Shown here one piece after another: positions 24,973-38,491 of a DNA stretch of 64,000 bases. The position numbers and the translations under genes were made by a program. The notes beneath the pieces were generated by a model. That model saw nothing but the letters and a program-made list of their open reading frames with translations, did not search any database and was not told where the DNA came from. Origin of the DNA: Tubiluchus corallicola (Eukaryota > Animalia > Priapulida); contig JAQGDQ010000050.1 of the NCBI GenBank assembly GCA_030141605.1, positions 755,971 to 819,970 on the forward strand, read 5' to 3'. Position 1 is the stretch's first letter; each line of letters begins with the position of its first letter.

Positions 24973-25245
24973 TTTTGCGGGCTCAATTCTGTTCCAGAAG
25001 CGCACTACTCAATTCAGATCAACTGCGCTTCTTGTACAGGTACCTAAGAGGTACACTTGCGACCAAAGATGGTACTCAAAACTAAAACTGCAGTATCTTC
25101 TAAAATGATATCATACATACTAGCAAATAACACAAAAGAAAAAATAAGGATATCTATGCATTTGCTAACAATAAGGAAATACATAATATCATGTAAAAAT
25201 TAGTATTAAATGCCACATAATAAGCCCTTTCGTAGTTTCGTTATG

Positions 25246-25322
25246 TTCACGTGCAGTTGTTGTATGTCAAAGGTTAAGTATACCACAGCAATAGGTCTTA
25301 GCTACAACCGTCACATGACGTG
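25246..25322. promoter_or_regulatory. Candidate E-box/CLEAR-like and CRE-like sites upstream of ALG3
   Basis: TCACGTG at about 25247. GTCACATGAC at 25310-25319 overlapping TGACGT, about 340 bp upstream of the ALG3 ATG. Confidence 0.35.
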
Positions 25323-26035
25323 TGGGTAAAGCAAAGCCATCTGCAGTGTTAGTTCAGTAACGTCAGTTGTTTTAGGTGGACATTCCTTAATTATGTATTA
25401 GAGTGTTTACTAACAGAATCTTGCTTGGAAACAAGAAAAATTGAACTAGGTAAAGTTCTAGCTAGTTGTTAAAATATGTTAGAACTATTATTGTTACAAT
25501 AGCATGGGCTGTGAGGCGTTATCAAGCATGCACAAATGTGTGGTCAGGTACACTTAACCTTTTCATGATCATCGTCAATTGCTGGAACTGTGAAAAGGCT
25601 TATTAGTATTATTTTCAATACATTGATAAATAAGCATATCAACATTTACAAACAAAAGAAAAAGAAGCATTCTGCACATAATTTTATCTTATACTATGTT
25701 GCCAAATTATTGTGTTCACCAAATGATATTATAGATAATTTGTAATCATTAGTTATAATCTGTGCTTATACTGTGGCAGAAAAGTCATAGGTCTTATAAG
25801 ACCTTTTCTGAATGGTGCATTCACGAAAGAGTTAACAAACACAGGCACATACCACAAACACACAGAAACAACGAAATGCCAGAGTTTAATAGCTATTTTC
25901 AAACTTAAAACATTGATCTTTAATTATAAATTTCCAGGGCCATACAGAGATATCTCTTCAAAACACTCGTTACTTACTACACAGCTGAGAAATACGGTCG
26001 TCTTTGAACATCTACCAACTGAATAAAAAAAATGG

Positions 26036-26414
26036 TAGTGGTCAGCATCAAATGTTCAATTTTGAACGTTCGAATCAAATTCGAATGTTCGAATTCGATT
26101 TGAACCTAAAATTATAAATTCGAGTAATTCAGCACTTCACCCACGTACGTTCTTTATCATTAAAATGTTTGAAACAGCATGCAATTAACACAATTTATCT
26201 GCAGTTTTTGTGCAAAATTTTTAACAAACTAGTAGTGGTTTTACTACAGAACAAAATCAAGAAATATTCATAATCTTTGTAACACCACTTTTTACTACTG
26301 TTTCAGAAACTTGCTCGAAAATCTTTCAAACTCAATTCGAATTCGATTTGGATTCGAAATACTGAAATTCAGTTTGATCCGAATTCGCTTTTGAGTTGAG
26401 AATGCTCACCAATA
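26036..26414. mobile_element. hAT-type MITE with TTCGAA subterminal repeats
   Basis: TAGTGGTCAGCAT...ATGCTCACCAATA termini, TTCGAA clusters at both ends, no clear TSD. Confidence 0.6.
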
Positions 26415-28568
26415 ATAAACTATGAGAAAGACTACTTGGCACATGGAATCAAATTTTGAATGTAATTAAAAACATTTTGCAAGGTGGGTCTTACAAGTCC
26501 ACTCCACAGCTTCTAACATTGCTTGGAAGGCAGAACTTAGTTTACATCCCTTATTATTAACTGCTGCAAAATTCATGGTCAAATGCATTCTATTTATAAA
26601 TGATAAACTGCGAAACACTATATTCAACGAACTGCTTCATCAGTTGAACAACATGGATCATTTCTCCCCAATATGGTCATATTTTTCCACAATACACTTC
26701 GAAATATGAAGACTTCACGCTATTGTCTTATCAAAAATCTAAGTACACTGAAAACGGACTACAACAAAACTATCAATTGGCAATTTATTATTTTTCGAAG
26801 ACATACATAATGACAACAGAAAAAATGGTATTAACAACAAACTACGATTTCAAAGACAGTTAATTAATTAGTGGCAATGAACAACAAAAAGAACAGACAA
26901 AACTTGACCAAAATGAGGATAAGTGACCATGATTTATAGATAGAAAAGGGAGGTATACCAAAAAAAAACAGAAAAGGGCAGCGATGTTTGCTCCTATTGC
27001 AGAATCGAATAATGTTAATAACCCTGCAGCGGAAAATAAACTGCATTTTATATCTTGTCCACTATATGTACAACTAAAACATAGTTATGAAAAGAAATTA
27101 TCCCACATTCCTAAACAAAAACTTCAACAAAACAATTAGTTCCACCACAAACACACTTAACCAGTGTGTTAACCAGGCTCTTTAGTAGAAAAGACACAAA
27201 AATGACATAATCCTATTTGGAGAATTTGTATGAAAATGTTTTTGAGGAGACAACAAAAAGTGATTACCTCAAAATAATAATACTAATAATAATTATTGCA
27301 ATATTTGGATATATACAGCTTTTTCAAAATTCCTCTAAAGTCGTTATAATCTTATAATTTCTATAAGATCCAAGCAAAACATAATCAGATGCCAGGCATT
27401 TAGTCTCCTGGTTGCTGCTATGTGTTGAGCAGCATACACATGCAGATGCTAGGGAGAGATGTCATTGATGTGATCCCATATATTAACAATGTCTGAGACT
27501 CTACTTTATCATTAATAATAACACAATGTTACCATAGTTTCTACATGTAACAATAAAGCGGAATGTAATTTGTCTTATTCTAGACAGACTGAATAGGAAT
27601 TATTGTTTAGTGATCTATTTAGAAAAGTTGGGATGAAAAGATATATTATTTGGAATTGAAGTTTAGATTGATATTACAATAAGATGGAGGCTCAAGGAAT
27701 GCCACCCCTAAAGCTTGCAAAATCATAGTCACCTGACTTCTTAGCAGGTTGAATGGTTGATACTGGCATAAGACAACATCAGAGTAGCGTCGATACAGAT
27801 GCACAAATTTGGAGATTGAGGGAGTCCGGCTTGAGAGCTCAAAGAGTGCAGAGAGATCATGACAGTGCGAAGAGGGGTCGACGTGTTACTTTGTCATGTA
27901 GAGTGATTGCCCCATGGCTATGCTAATCAATATTAGCCTAAAGTAACATTAGCAACTTGATATGTGAGCGCAATTTTTGAAACGCTAAAAATGGGAAATA
28001 TTTATAGACAAGACAAATATTGTATGCAGATTGAGGTCGAGTTCTACACTAAGCGAGAGTTTGAAATGAAATAGATACACTGGCTAAAAAATGAACAGAA
28101 CTTGAAGAGGCGATACTTGTATGCAGAGGCTTGTATTCCCTTTTGTAAATAAATATAATGCTATGTTATTGTGGAACTTGTGAACTGATGCTAAGAGATG
28201 TTATGAAAACTTCAGTAATCTTTCTTCACGTTTGTCTCAGGGAGGCTCATACACTCATCGTTTATGTATTCCGTTATACACCTTTCACCTGCCAATACAA
28301 AGAAAACAAACACAAACACATAACTTTACATCGTTTTTACATCGCTTGGGGTCTGGATTTCCAATGGAATTATCATGGTGGCAACAAAGAAATGACGAAA
28401 TCACGGTTCATCAAATCTTTTACTTGTGAAAAAGATTTCTGGCACTGCTGTCATGTCAATTTTGGGATTTTTTTTAATCAGGATAAGTTTTTTGCGCTAC
28501 ATTCAAGAAATGTTGTAGTAATTAGTGTTTCTGTAAGTCTAACAGTTAATATGTTAATTAATGAGTTT

Positions 28569-29305
28569 GGCGCTATTACACTTTCGCACCGCCTAGCTTT
28601 TCCTGGCCTATTGGTTCTTTTCACGCCTGCAGGCCAGAAAGCAGACCAACAGGCGTAATATACACCATATTCCCATAATATTATTGCTTTTTACACTTTA
28701 TAATTCTAGATTAAAATCATACATTACTTATCGCCGGCATTACGCAAAAAGCTCCACGTGCATAACTGTGTTTACACCACTAATGCGCAATTGCTCTCGC
28801 GCAGTGACGATGTGGCCCTTAACATGTATTTTTAGTTTCTTCGCATAATTTATGATTATTAGGGTTGAAACCACGGGACCCAAGCTGGCATATACGAGGA
28901 AATTATTTTAGACGACTACAGTTATTTATCATTAATTTTATTTATTACTGTAGTATTATTACTATTAGATTATAAAAAAAGTAAAGGTTTTTTCTTTATT
29001 TCGTAAATGCGATGAAGATGAAAGTGTGTCACGTGCTTTTAAGCTAGGCCCTGATAATGCATAAACTAGTACGAAATTCGTCACGTGACTACACACACAA
29101 ACAAGATGGCGCTACGCCCTGTATAGGTGTAGAACTGTGAATACAGCGTAATTATTGGTAATTATACCTAAATATATGATTAAATTACAATTAGATTAGC
29201 GGAAACATTCACTGATGACGTAAGAATAATAGAATGATGACGTACGAGCCTAAAAACGAGTAATAACCTAGAAAAAGCTAGGCGGTGCGAAAGTGTAATA
29301 GCGCC
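28569..29305. mobile_element. Non-autonomous DNA transposon (MITE), Merlin-like
   Basis: 33-bp perfect TIRs GGCGCTATTACACTTTCGCACCGCCTAGCTTTT. Perfect 8-bp TSD ATGAGTTT at 28561-28568 and 29306-29313. GGNRM terminus. Confidence 0.9.
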
Positions 29306-29710
29306 ATGAGTTTAAAAAGTGCATTTAGGTCTAATGCAGATGATTGCTTCACTATTACTGAAGGTCGTGGCTCACTGATGGTCGCTACAGCTAGCGTCAA
29401 GTGATTAGTTTTGATTACATGCATTACTAGGTCTTTGTTGCTGCACGCACAACATTTTCTCCTTCTTTGGATTTGATATATTAGCCAATTCGAATCTCAA
29501 ACTGCAGTACTGTGTTTGCTTTTATGGTTTCTTGAGGAAGTTTGTTCCATAGCAGCCTGTAATTATTATATTACTAGTATTACTGTATTAGGCGAAAAAA
29601 CTTCCACATGCCAAGTTTACGTTTCTTGTATAGCTAAAAGCGATCGCCTGTGTTGGAGTTTTGCCTTCCGTTCATTTGATGACTGTTTTTGAGCTTGTAA
29701 GTCTCTGATT

Positions 29711-30089
29711 ATGTAAATGAAAGAAAGGGATAAAAACTACGGATGTTATTATTTAATATATTGTAAACTACTAGTAGGTATGAATTATTGTATGAATTAA
29801 AATGCATAATTTTAAAATTGTAGAATTAAAAGATACGGAATAGACAAAAAATCAAAGCACAAAAGATCAGTAGTGATGTTCTAGCTTTATTGTACCCATA
29901 GTACATCTTAACCATAATACACATAATCATTGCTGATCTTTTGTGCTTTGATTTTTTTTGTCTGTCCACTATCTTTTAATTCCATATATTTAAAGTTATG
30001 CGTTTTACATTATTTTTTTTATTCATACCCACTAGTAATTTACAGTATATTAACCTTTGTAGCTTTTATACTTTTGTTTCATTTATATT
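29711..30089. repeat. Long inverted repeat (foldback), arms about 165 bp, loop about 48 nt
   Basis: AAAAAATCAAAGCACAAAAGATCAG at about 29846 pairs with CTGATCTTTTGTGCTTTGATTTTTT at about 29933. Pairing extends outward imperfectly. Confidence 0.85.
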
Positions 30090-30929
30090 TTCTTCATTGA
30101 TGATTAGCTGTTTGTCACTGAGTCAATGAGTTGCACTACATTTAATTTTTGACTTGCGCTAGTATCGTTATTTGATTTGTACATAAACTTAGTTTAACGT
30201 ATAATCTGCAACATTTTTAATAGTTTCCGTGTATTTTATTCTTTGCGCTTTCACTTTTATACTAACACTTAGACTGTAATGGAAATAACATGCATGTATG
30301 TACAGGTAAAATTTTGTAACATGACCTGATATAACACTTTCTTGAAGTCTTTATAAATGATGCTGACTGGTTTGCCATCGTTTGCATTACAGACGACCTT
30401 ATCTATGAACTACCGAAGGTTAGTTGTGCAAAATTTGCCTTAAGGGCACTCAGTGTGTTCTTAAGAAGTCGGTTGACTTGTAAATGGAGTACTATTGCAG
30501 TTTTCAACAGCCAATAACCTGACCACAACTGAAGTCAGTTAAGTGGGCTTCCGATTTTCTGTGATCACGTAAAACAGACAGAATTCACGGAAATGGCAAC
30601 TGAAAGAAAAATAGATGTGAAAAATGGAATCGGCCTGATTTCCAAATTTTTGAAAATTTTAATGCGTACTATAGATATAATTTCCTTCAATTATTACTTT
30701 CCGTTAAAACTTAGCAGTTTTTAAACATTTCTTGACCTTGCTAGATGTTCTACCGCAAGTTTTATTCTTATGCAACTTGCCCACCAATTGCATCCTTTCA
30801 GTACTTTTCCCTTTACTATAGCCTGTTCTCTACAATTCAACTAAAAACAATTCAAGTTTTTTTTTATAATATTGGTGACAAGTTTGTATTGAAAGTTATA
30901 CTTTGCAGATACAGTACTATCTGATTCAA

Positions 30930-31148
30930 TCTTGGCTTTTTTCAGTAAATGTTGTTATCACGTCTAGTTATAGAACTTTGTATCAGTTGTATAATGATAC
31001 CAAGCTTTATTTTTCGTTTGAAGGACCCTGCCAAAGATAGGCCAAACCACTCTTGGCTTTCTTCTGGCAAATGTTGTTATGTCTAGTCACAGTTGTGTCA
31101 GCTGTATATGATACCAAGCTCTCTTTTTTGATTGAAGGCTTCTGCCAA
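30930..31148 (+). repeat. Diverged tandem duplication, period about 121 bp
   Basis: TCTTGGCTTT..AAATGTTGTTAT..GTCTAGT..TGATACCAAGCT..TGAAGG..CTGCCAAA twice. Confidence 0.75.
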
Positions 31149-32738
31149 ACGCACGAGCAAACCAGTTCAGTTTGATTCAGTGAATCGTTTTCTGCATTGT
31201 ATGTATGCTGAATTACTTTATTCTCAAAAATCTGTCAGATGTTAGCTGTTAGCCTTAGGAGTATGTGTGCTGCATTTAGAGTTTCTTGAACTTCCAGTGT
31301 AATTCAAGAAAAGAAAAAACTCCGTAACTGCCACTAAATTTGTAACTGTATTACTTGCTTAGTTTGCAGTTTAGATTGCTCCTGCGGGTTAGGACATACC
31401 TATTTTAATTACATTAGATTTTTCATCAAGTTAGGTTACAAGTGCACCTACCTCTTAATTAGGCAGCACTTGCTTAGGAGTACAGATCCGTTATGTAGCT
31501 CCACTAGCAAATAAATGGATTGGACACCATACTGTTGGCTATTGTACAGTTGTGTTAACATTATAAAGTTTGGCAAATAGTTTCATTTCTATGATGCGTC
31601 AGTATGTAATTAGAATGTTATGCATTGAGTGCTGTTTTGCTTCTTATGTTTACACGTTCAAATTGTTTTAAGTGCTAGTAGCATTTCTTGCTAATTGTCG
31701 CTGTAATTTTTGTCCTACAATTGTTAAATGGTAGTAGTGAGCGGTGAATTGTCAGGGTTTTGCAGGAAAAAATGCTACGACATTTGTTCCAGCTCTTGTA
31801 AATTTTAATTGCAAGAGCTCTTTTCACAGCACCCGTAAATTTGGATGCAAGAACTATATAAAAAAGAGCCCGAATTTTGTCTGCAAGTAGGCACTTATTT
31901 CTTGAAACTGATGATTTTAAATTTATCTGTCATCTTTTATAAGTACTTGTCATATTACAGTATGGACATGCAGCATGTGCAAAATGCTGATTAAGAAAAG
32001 TAAACTTGACTAAGACAGAAAACACAATGAAATTTGGCAGTTTACTACAAAGATTAACTGGTGTGAAATGAACTTAATTCCTTGCCAGTATGTAAGACTA
32101 AATATTAACAGATTTAAGCTATTTCCTTGTTAAATTTAGATTAGGACTGGGTTAATCTGTTGCACAACACTTCACACACAGAAACGTGTTAGCTCAGTCA
32201 ACTGCGCACAATGCTAATTACCCAGGAGTCTGTCACTATAGCAACAGTCGCTGCTTGGGACAGTGAGTTGCACCTGAGAATTATATGGGGCAGTAGGCTG
32301 ACTAGGCAGGCAGTGAAATTAGTCTGTGACAGACTAACATGGCTTTAGTCCATGCATATAAAAACTACAGCTTCAGATCTCAAAGTTGTGAACACATGAG
32401 GGATTTTTGTTGCAAGTTAACGACAAATTATGAGGCTCATACTGGTGCGAACGCTACAGTCCCTGCTTGTTGGGAAACGCTAGAGAGCAAAATCTTACAC
32501 TTATTGTAATCAAAGTGATATTAAGCAATGTTAATTTAGGATCGTCAAACACTTAGTCAAACATCATAGGCGACCGATTTCCAGTTTCATCTATGTGGCC
32601 GCAATACGTCTCAATCTGCATTCAATAGTCAATGAATAATTTCTTTATTTGGGTTGACGACTAGTGTGTGCTGTCAGAATAACTGAGATAAGAGATTGTA
32701 CCAGTTCCCGTGGTTATGATGGTTGTCTCAGTTGATAC

Positions 32739-33180
32739 AGGCGTGTCAAGACATTTTGACGCCCTAGGCTGTTCAGGCCCGCCTTTCTCTATTATGGATT
32801 TGTAATTGTTTATATATGAAGCGCAATTTAGCACATTAATAGCACTATTACCTAGTATCTACGTGGTCATTGTTAGTGACACATATTTCCATAGCACTTA
32901 TTCTAAGCTTGTGTGTACCTGTGATGTAGTATGCTTCGTGGTGTAGTACCTTTATGTTATACCTGTTATTGTACTTGTTTATTAGGTGGCGCTTATATAA
33001 AGGCTATCTCTGTAACTGCTTATGGTATTTTAAAATACACCATTATATGAATATGAAAGGATATGTGTTTTCCGAGGAGAATAAGAATTTTTGAACACTA
33101 GGCCCCTAAAATTTGGAGCCCCTCAAAATTTAGTATCCTAGGCTACAATCTAGTTAGCCTATTGGTAAATATGCCTATGG
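32739..33180. mobile_element. Decayed hAT-type MITE (GGGCCCC/CCTAGG-rich ends)
   Basis: End motifs resemble those of the 38046-38404 element. Boundaries are approximate. Confidence 0.4.
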
Positions 33181-34354
33181 ATTGTTGGTGCACCTTTTTG
33201 TTTGTCGAGCCTTTTTGCTTGAAGTTTCTTATATCTCCTGCCTTGCGGAATTGCAGGAAAGGAAAGCAGATGCTGCGGTATGCGTGATGATTGCTTACGA
33301 TTGTGTAGTAACTTATGCAAGTTTACTATTTTTATACAGCGATAAAAAAGCTATTTAAATATTTCCTTGTACCTCTATTGTGATAATGAAGTTGTTTTGT
33401 AGACCACATGCTTCTGCCTGCATATTAATTATCCCAGATCTCAGTGAATTTATAATTTAACATAACATCACCTCACTAAGCTAAAATCATCACACTAAGT
33501 GTTCTAAACTTGAGACCAATCTTCAAATTACAAAATGAATTTATGAATTTATTAATTTATTCCACAGCTACATACAAACTGTTATTCCATTACAAAATAA
33601 AATAAACCAGTCACTGTGAGGAGGAGGAAGGAGATTAAGCCTTAAGTAAAACAGTACAAGTTTACAGTTTTACATGTAAATCTGCTCAAAGTTATCTGCT
33701 TGTTGTTTTCTTACTAATAACTTCCATTAAAAAATTAATACGGGTCTCAGAATGATAATTTTATTAGTTTTTCTTTGTCTCTCCTGTCAGCTTGGCTGTA
33801 TTCCAACTTTCTCACATTTCCTGTCTTTCAAGTTTGGTATCAAAATTTAAGTAATTGGGGGCTTGTACCATCATTAATAAGAATCTTGATTTTAAGATTA
33901 GATAGTTAACTTCAATTACTATACTTTGTTTTATTTCTGAGTGACGTATAAGAAAACCTGTAATTAATTACTAGTGAGTTTGCCACTCCTTTTATCTGTA
34001 GATTATGATTTCTGCAGTGCGATGTTACCAATTACAATTAAAACTGCAGTTGCATTTACAGTAGAACCTTACAAGTCACCCAGAGCAGTCCAACTGATTA
34101 GAGTCATTTGTGGTCATGGGAAAACTAATCTGGCAGAATAGGTACAAAACTAAGTACTACTTCGTAACTTTGATGCTAAAATTAGAAATTTAGTTCCGCA
34201 GCTCTGGTCTGGTGTGTAATTTTTTTTATAACTCAACTATTGTAAGCATAAAGATCTAAAGTATTTTGATTTGCTTTTGGGCATTCTTGATTTCTGCATG
34301 CTAGATCAATTAATTATAATTTTTTTCATAAGCACTTAATTGCAGACTCTAATA

Positions 34355-34486
34355 CTGTAGCCCACTTTAGATGATTTACAAAGTTTGTATGGATAATTAG
34401 CTGTAGCCCAGTTTAGAAGATTTATAAAGTCTGTATGGATAATTAGCTGTAGCCCAGTTTAGAAGATTTATAAAGTTTGTATGGAT
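34355..34486 (+). repeat. Minisatellite, about 3 x 46 bp
   Basis: CTGTAGCCCAGTTTAGAAGATTTATAAAGTTTGTATGGATAATTAG at 34355, 34401 and 34447. Confidence 0.9.
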
Positions 34487-37400
34487 CATTTGATGTTCAA
34501 TGTGCATAGAATAAAAATGTTCAAAATGCAATGATTTTTGGGTTTAAACAGAGTTTATTTTAAAGGCCAATTCAAGCATTTAGCTTTCATTATGATCCCC
34601 GAAAGTTACTCCAAGTGAAGCATCTGTCTAACGCAACATATTCGCAAGATAATATACTGTAATATGAACAAGAGGTACTTGCATATAGTGTATAAAATTA
34701 TTGAAAAGTAATACTTAGGCAATTTGTAATAAAATTGACTCAGACGGATTTCATCAAGAATTTGTTATGATGGGAGTCCAAACAAAGATATGTGCACCAT
34801 CTAGACACCGGTAATTTTAGCAATCTCCATACAGGACTTAAACAAGGAAATTATTCATAATATAATATAATTTAAGCATCAATGGTTGTAGACAGATTAT
34901 TAGTGTTAAGATTTAATTAAGCTGAAATTTCTTTCATGCTGAAAAGTAAGGTTGACAAAAGATGTTGTTTTTTTTGAACAATTGTTCATGAAAATATTGT
35001 ACATTGTATATTGTCTGGTAACAAAAGAAAGTGTAAAAAGGCGAAATTTTGCTGCCAGTGGTCATTGGGTCAAACTTCTAACTCCATGAAACAGGTAAAT
35101 GCAGCTGTTTGGTGGTAACCTGTACCATTTTTGTGTCTTTTTAAGTTTCTCTCCTATGTCAAAAATGTATACTGCATTTAGATAAACAAATAGGATTATG
35201 CAGTTTTTTCTTATTTTATAAATTAATTTGAATCTTATCATGTATGAATGTTCAGTGTGCAACCAAAAGTATAGAGTTAAATATCTGCAATGCTTTGTAT
35301 ATGTGCATGTAAAGGGCACATTTGCCTCAGGCATGTGTGTATACATAGCTGACTGGTAAAATAACAGTCTGTGTTCTTGACCCGTGAAAGTAATTGAAAC
35401 ATCACCTGATTTTAATTTCTAAGCCTGTTCTGCTCTTCCTCTTATTGTAGTAAGCGTTAGTGCTGTGGTTAGCGTGGTAGAAGTATTATCTGCTTTTTCA
35501 TTGTGGTTTAGAAGACTGGCAAACAAAGTGTAAGTAGCAAGCATAACCATAGGTCTAGGTATTTTTTCAGTGTTTCTCATTCTCTTTTTATTGTTATTCA
35601 GTAATCAACTCAAGTCAACCAGCATTTCAATGTTAAAGTTTTTTTTTATATTCAGTGGGATTCTTTGAGGACTGGATTCATTGAGACAAGGTTTAATGGG
35701 GTACTGCTGATAACTTATGTAAAGTTGAAACAATTGCAATATTTAATTCAACTTTAGCAAAATCTGACATACATGTAAACCTTTGGGAAACATTGATTGG
35801 TGGGCAAACGTTAGCCATCTGTGTAATAGGTAGCCATTTTTGTTTTTTGAGAGTTTCTTTGACAATGTTTTAATAAATTTTGTGATTTCTTTGCTCCTAT
35901 GCCACATGTTGTAAAGTTGTCAAATGAACACCTGGAAATTGTGATTGGCCCTGGTCGTAAGTGTCAAAGGCATTCTCCCAAAGGCATATACAAAAGTGTA
36001 CTTTTGGTGTGATGCAGTGCAGCAGACAGTAATTTGACTGATTTACAGTATTAACCAATGAATGAACCTCAGAAGGATGCACGCAAAATATTACCTAACA
36101 TCAAGGCTATCAACCCTAATGTAATATCTTTGCTCTTGAGGGGAGATATTGCAATGTGATTTAATAACATGTCAGTATCAGAAAAACTGTGTGCCAGTGC
36201 TTCAACTTACCCAGCAGACTTAGTCTTGTTTAAATGTAGGGTGTTTCAGAAGTTCCCATATCAAATTTGATTTTCACTTTTCTTTGTAGCTACTCAACCA
36301 GCAACACTCATCTTGTGGTAAACTCTTACACAACAATTAAAATTTTTTTGGGTCTAAATTTGAAGTTTCATGCTATTTTTTCTGCTACTGTGTTCACTCT
36401 AGATTAGAAGTGTAAAATATCTGCAGTGGAGGAAAGAGCCTCTGTAGTAAACCTTTAATGCAAAGTCAAGTTTGGTGCCACCAAAATTCTCATGATTCAC
36501 ATTTTCTGGAGGATTCTGCATTGTAAATGTAGACGTATTATATTGATGACTGATATATGTACACAAACTTATAAAGAATTATTGCTTTTGTTTTTTTCTG
36601 TCACAAGTTTGTTTGCATAAATTATCAGTTTTCCTGGACTGATGTGTGCAGCATTGAACCAGTCTCGGTCAATCTTACAAATGTCGATTGTAACAATATT
36701 ATTTTTCAATCATACATGCAAAGTGAGTACGGCTGAACAGTTTCAGATTCTTGATTCAGATTCAGTGTGTACATGATGGCAGCTGCTCGCTCATTAGCAG
36801 TACATTGATAAAAGTGATTGCCAGGCTCGTCTCTCACCATCAGCCTGAAAAAATATTTGTCCATGCTTTTAACTGAGACGTATGTTTGCTTATCAAGTTG
36901 GCCTTGTCAATATTAATTGCATTCGCGATTAGATGATTATGATTTGTTTTCTATGATGTGTTTCCAACCATGCTTCTCCAGCATTGTTTACATTGACCTT
37001 ATAGGCAAAGCATACAGAATGTCTTGACAATAATATTCTATGCACAATACTCTTGTCAGTACTGTTTACTGTCATTGTTTACACTGGTTACAGTGCCAAA
37101 CGCTGTGCTAGTGTCTCTTTTGTGTGTGCTAAATATAACGTGTAATGATAAGTTATGACAGCTAATAAGCATAATAAGATTAGTTAGTTAAGTGCCCAGT
37201 GCCATAAGAAAACCAGAATAATCAGAACCATCTTATGCATCTCTGCTGAAAACTTCTGCTTTTTGAATATTCCTTGCAATTAATGATATGGTATAATAGT
37301 ACTCGAAGTCAAGTGATTACTTGCTTACTCGTATGTGTAATGGTGGCACTAGTGGCTTATGTTCTTCAATTAGTTCTAAAAGTGAGTGACAGCACAAATT

Positions 37401-37833
37401 GTATTTGCAACCTAGATGTGATGTAACGTCGTGTTATGCATCTGAAAGAAGTTTCTGCGTCCAGCGTTGCTTAATTTGGTATTTTTATGCAGTGCTACTC
37501 TTTTTAAGCTGACAATTGACATTCAGTGGTGGTATTTAATTACTTAGTGTAAGTGGTTGTGATAAACCGGGTACATGGCTCATTACCATGGACAATAATC
37601 TATGAGCCCATAGTAATTTTAGCAGAATTTAGCCGTGTTCGGAGAGATGTATGATACATACTTACTCATGCTAAATAGGTAGATAGGTCAATGTGGTAGA
37701 TAGCTGGTGACAACGTTTACTATTACCTTATGATTTTATCAGCAATTTTCAAAAGCTTCCCAGCAATCCATTTATTATCCCATGATAAGAATCTCATAGC
37801 CTAAAATTTCTTGCAAATTTGTCGCCTGTCCTC

Positions 37834-38491
37834 CAGAGTCGCAGACCCACTTATTTTGGGTCCGTAGAGGGTGGTTCCGCTACTGCAAAATCCTCGATCG
37901 GATCCGCGACAGAATTACGGACAAAATTTAGAATTTAATATTTAATAACTTTCAGTAAATTTAATATTTAGACAATAAGATTACTGTGTAATCCCAGCAA
38001 ACAATAGTTAATAGGTGACTTCGCCGGGTCACCAAGCGGTATGAGCAGCGCCGAATTATCCTCAAGGGTGTTATAAGCTGCAGCCTAGGGCCCCTCAAGC
38101 TTTGGCAACATTTGGTAAAAAATCAGTTTTTCACGACGGTTGTGTTGAAATTTTATTAATTTGGTTTCCAATAAATAATAAAATAGTGGTATTTCTTAAA
38201 GAATATTAACTAACAAAAGATAGCTTTCTAGTTTATTTAAAGAATTTGATAATAAGTGTACCTGAAGCTATGTAAATGTCGCTAAAATATGTCACAAGTA
38301 AACATATTCAAGACAGGTGTGGGCGAATTAGAGGGTGGCTCCATTTGAGGGGGGGGCATAATTTCATTAGCCTAGAAGTCCCAAAAGGTCACAATCCGGC
38401 CCTGGATATGAGTCCGCGGATCTGCAAATCCGCAAAGAAAACTTGCGGATTGGAGCCACGAATACGCAAATCCACGGACAGCGCTTCTCTG
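37834..38491. mobile_element. hAT-type MITE (outer) with TCCGC/GCGGA subterminal repeats
   Basis: CAGAGTCGC...GCTTCTCTG termini. TSD CTGTCCTC/CTGTCCTT (7/8). Confidence 0.7.
38046..38404. mobile_element. hAT-type MITE (inner, CAGGGCCGG family) nested in the previous element
   Basis: CAGCGCCGAATT...AATCCGGCCCTG (10/12 inverted). TSD GGTATGAG/GATATGAG (7/8). Confidence 0.7.

Noticed and set aside
26060-26100. Heat-shock element upstream of ALG3
   Set aside because: Only two correctly spaced nGAAn units. The TTCGAA repeats are explained as MITE subterminal motifs.
27700-27930. GC-richer purine-rich stretch that might be a coding remnant
   Set aside because: I found no recognisable protein motif or usable exon boundaries.
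28158-28658. 166-aa ORF
   Set aside because: No recognisable domain, and it runs across the MITE boundary at 28569. Likely spurious.
34355-34486. Possible CRISPR-like array
   Set aside because: Head-to-tail 46-bp units with no unique spacers and no cas genes, in a eukaryotic context. It is a minisatellite.
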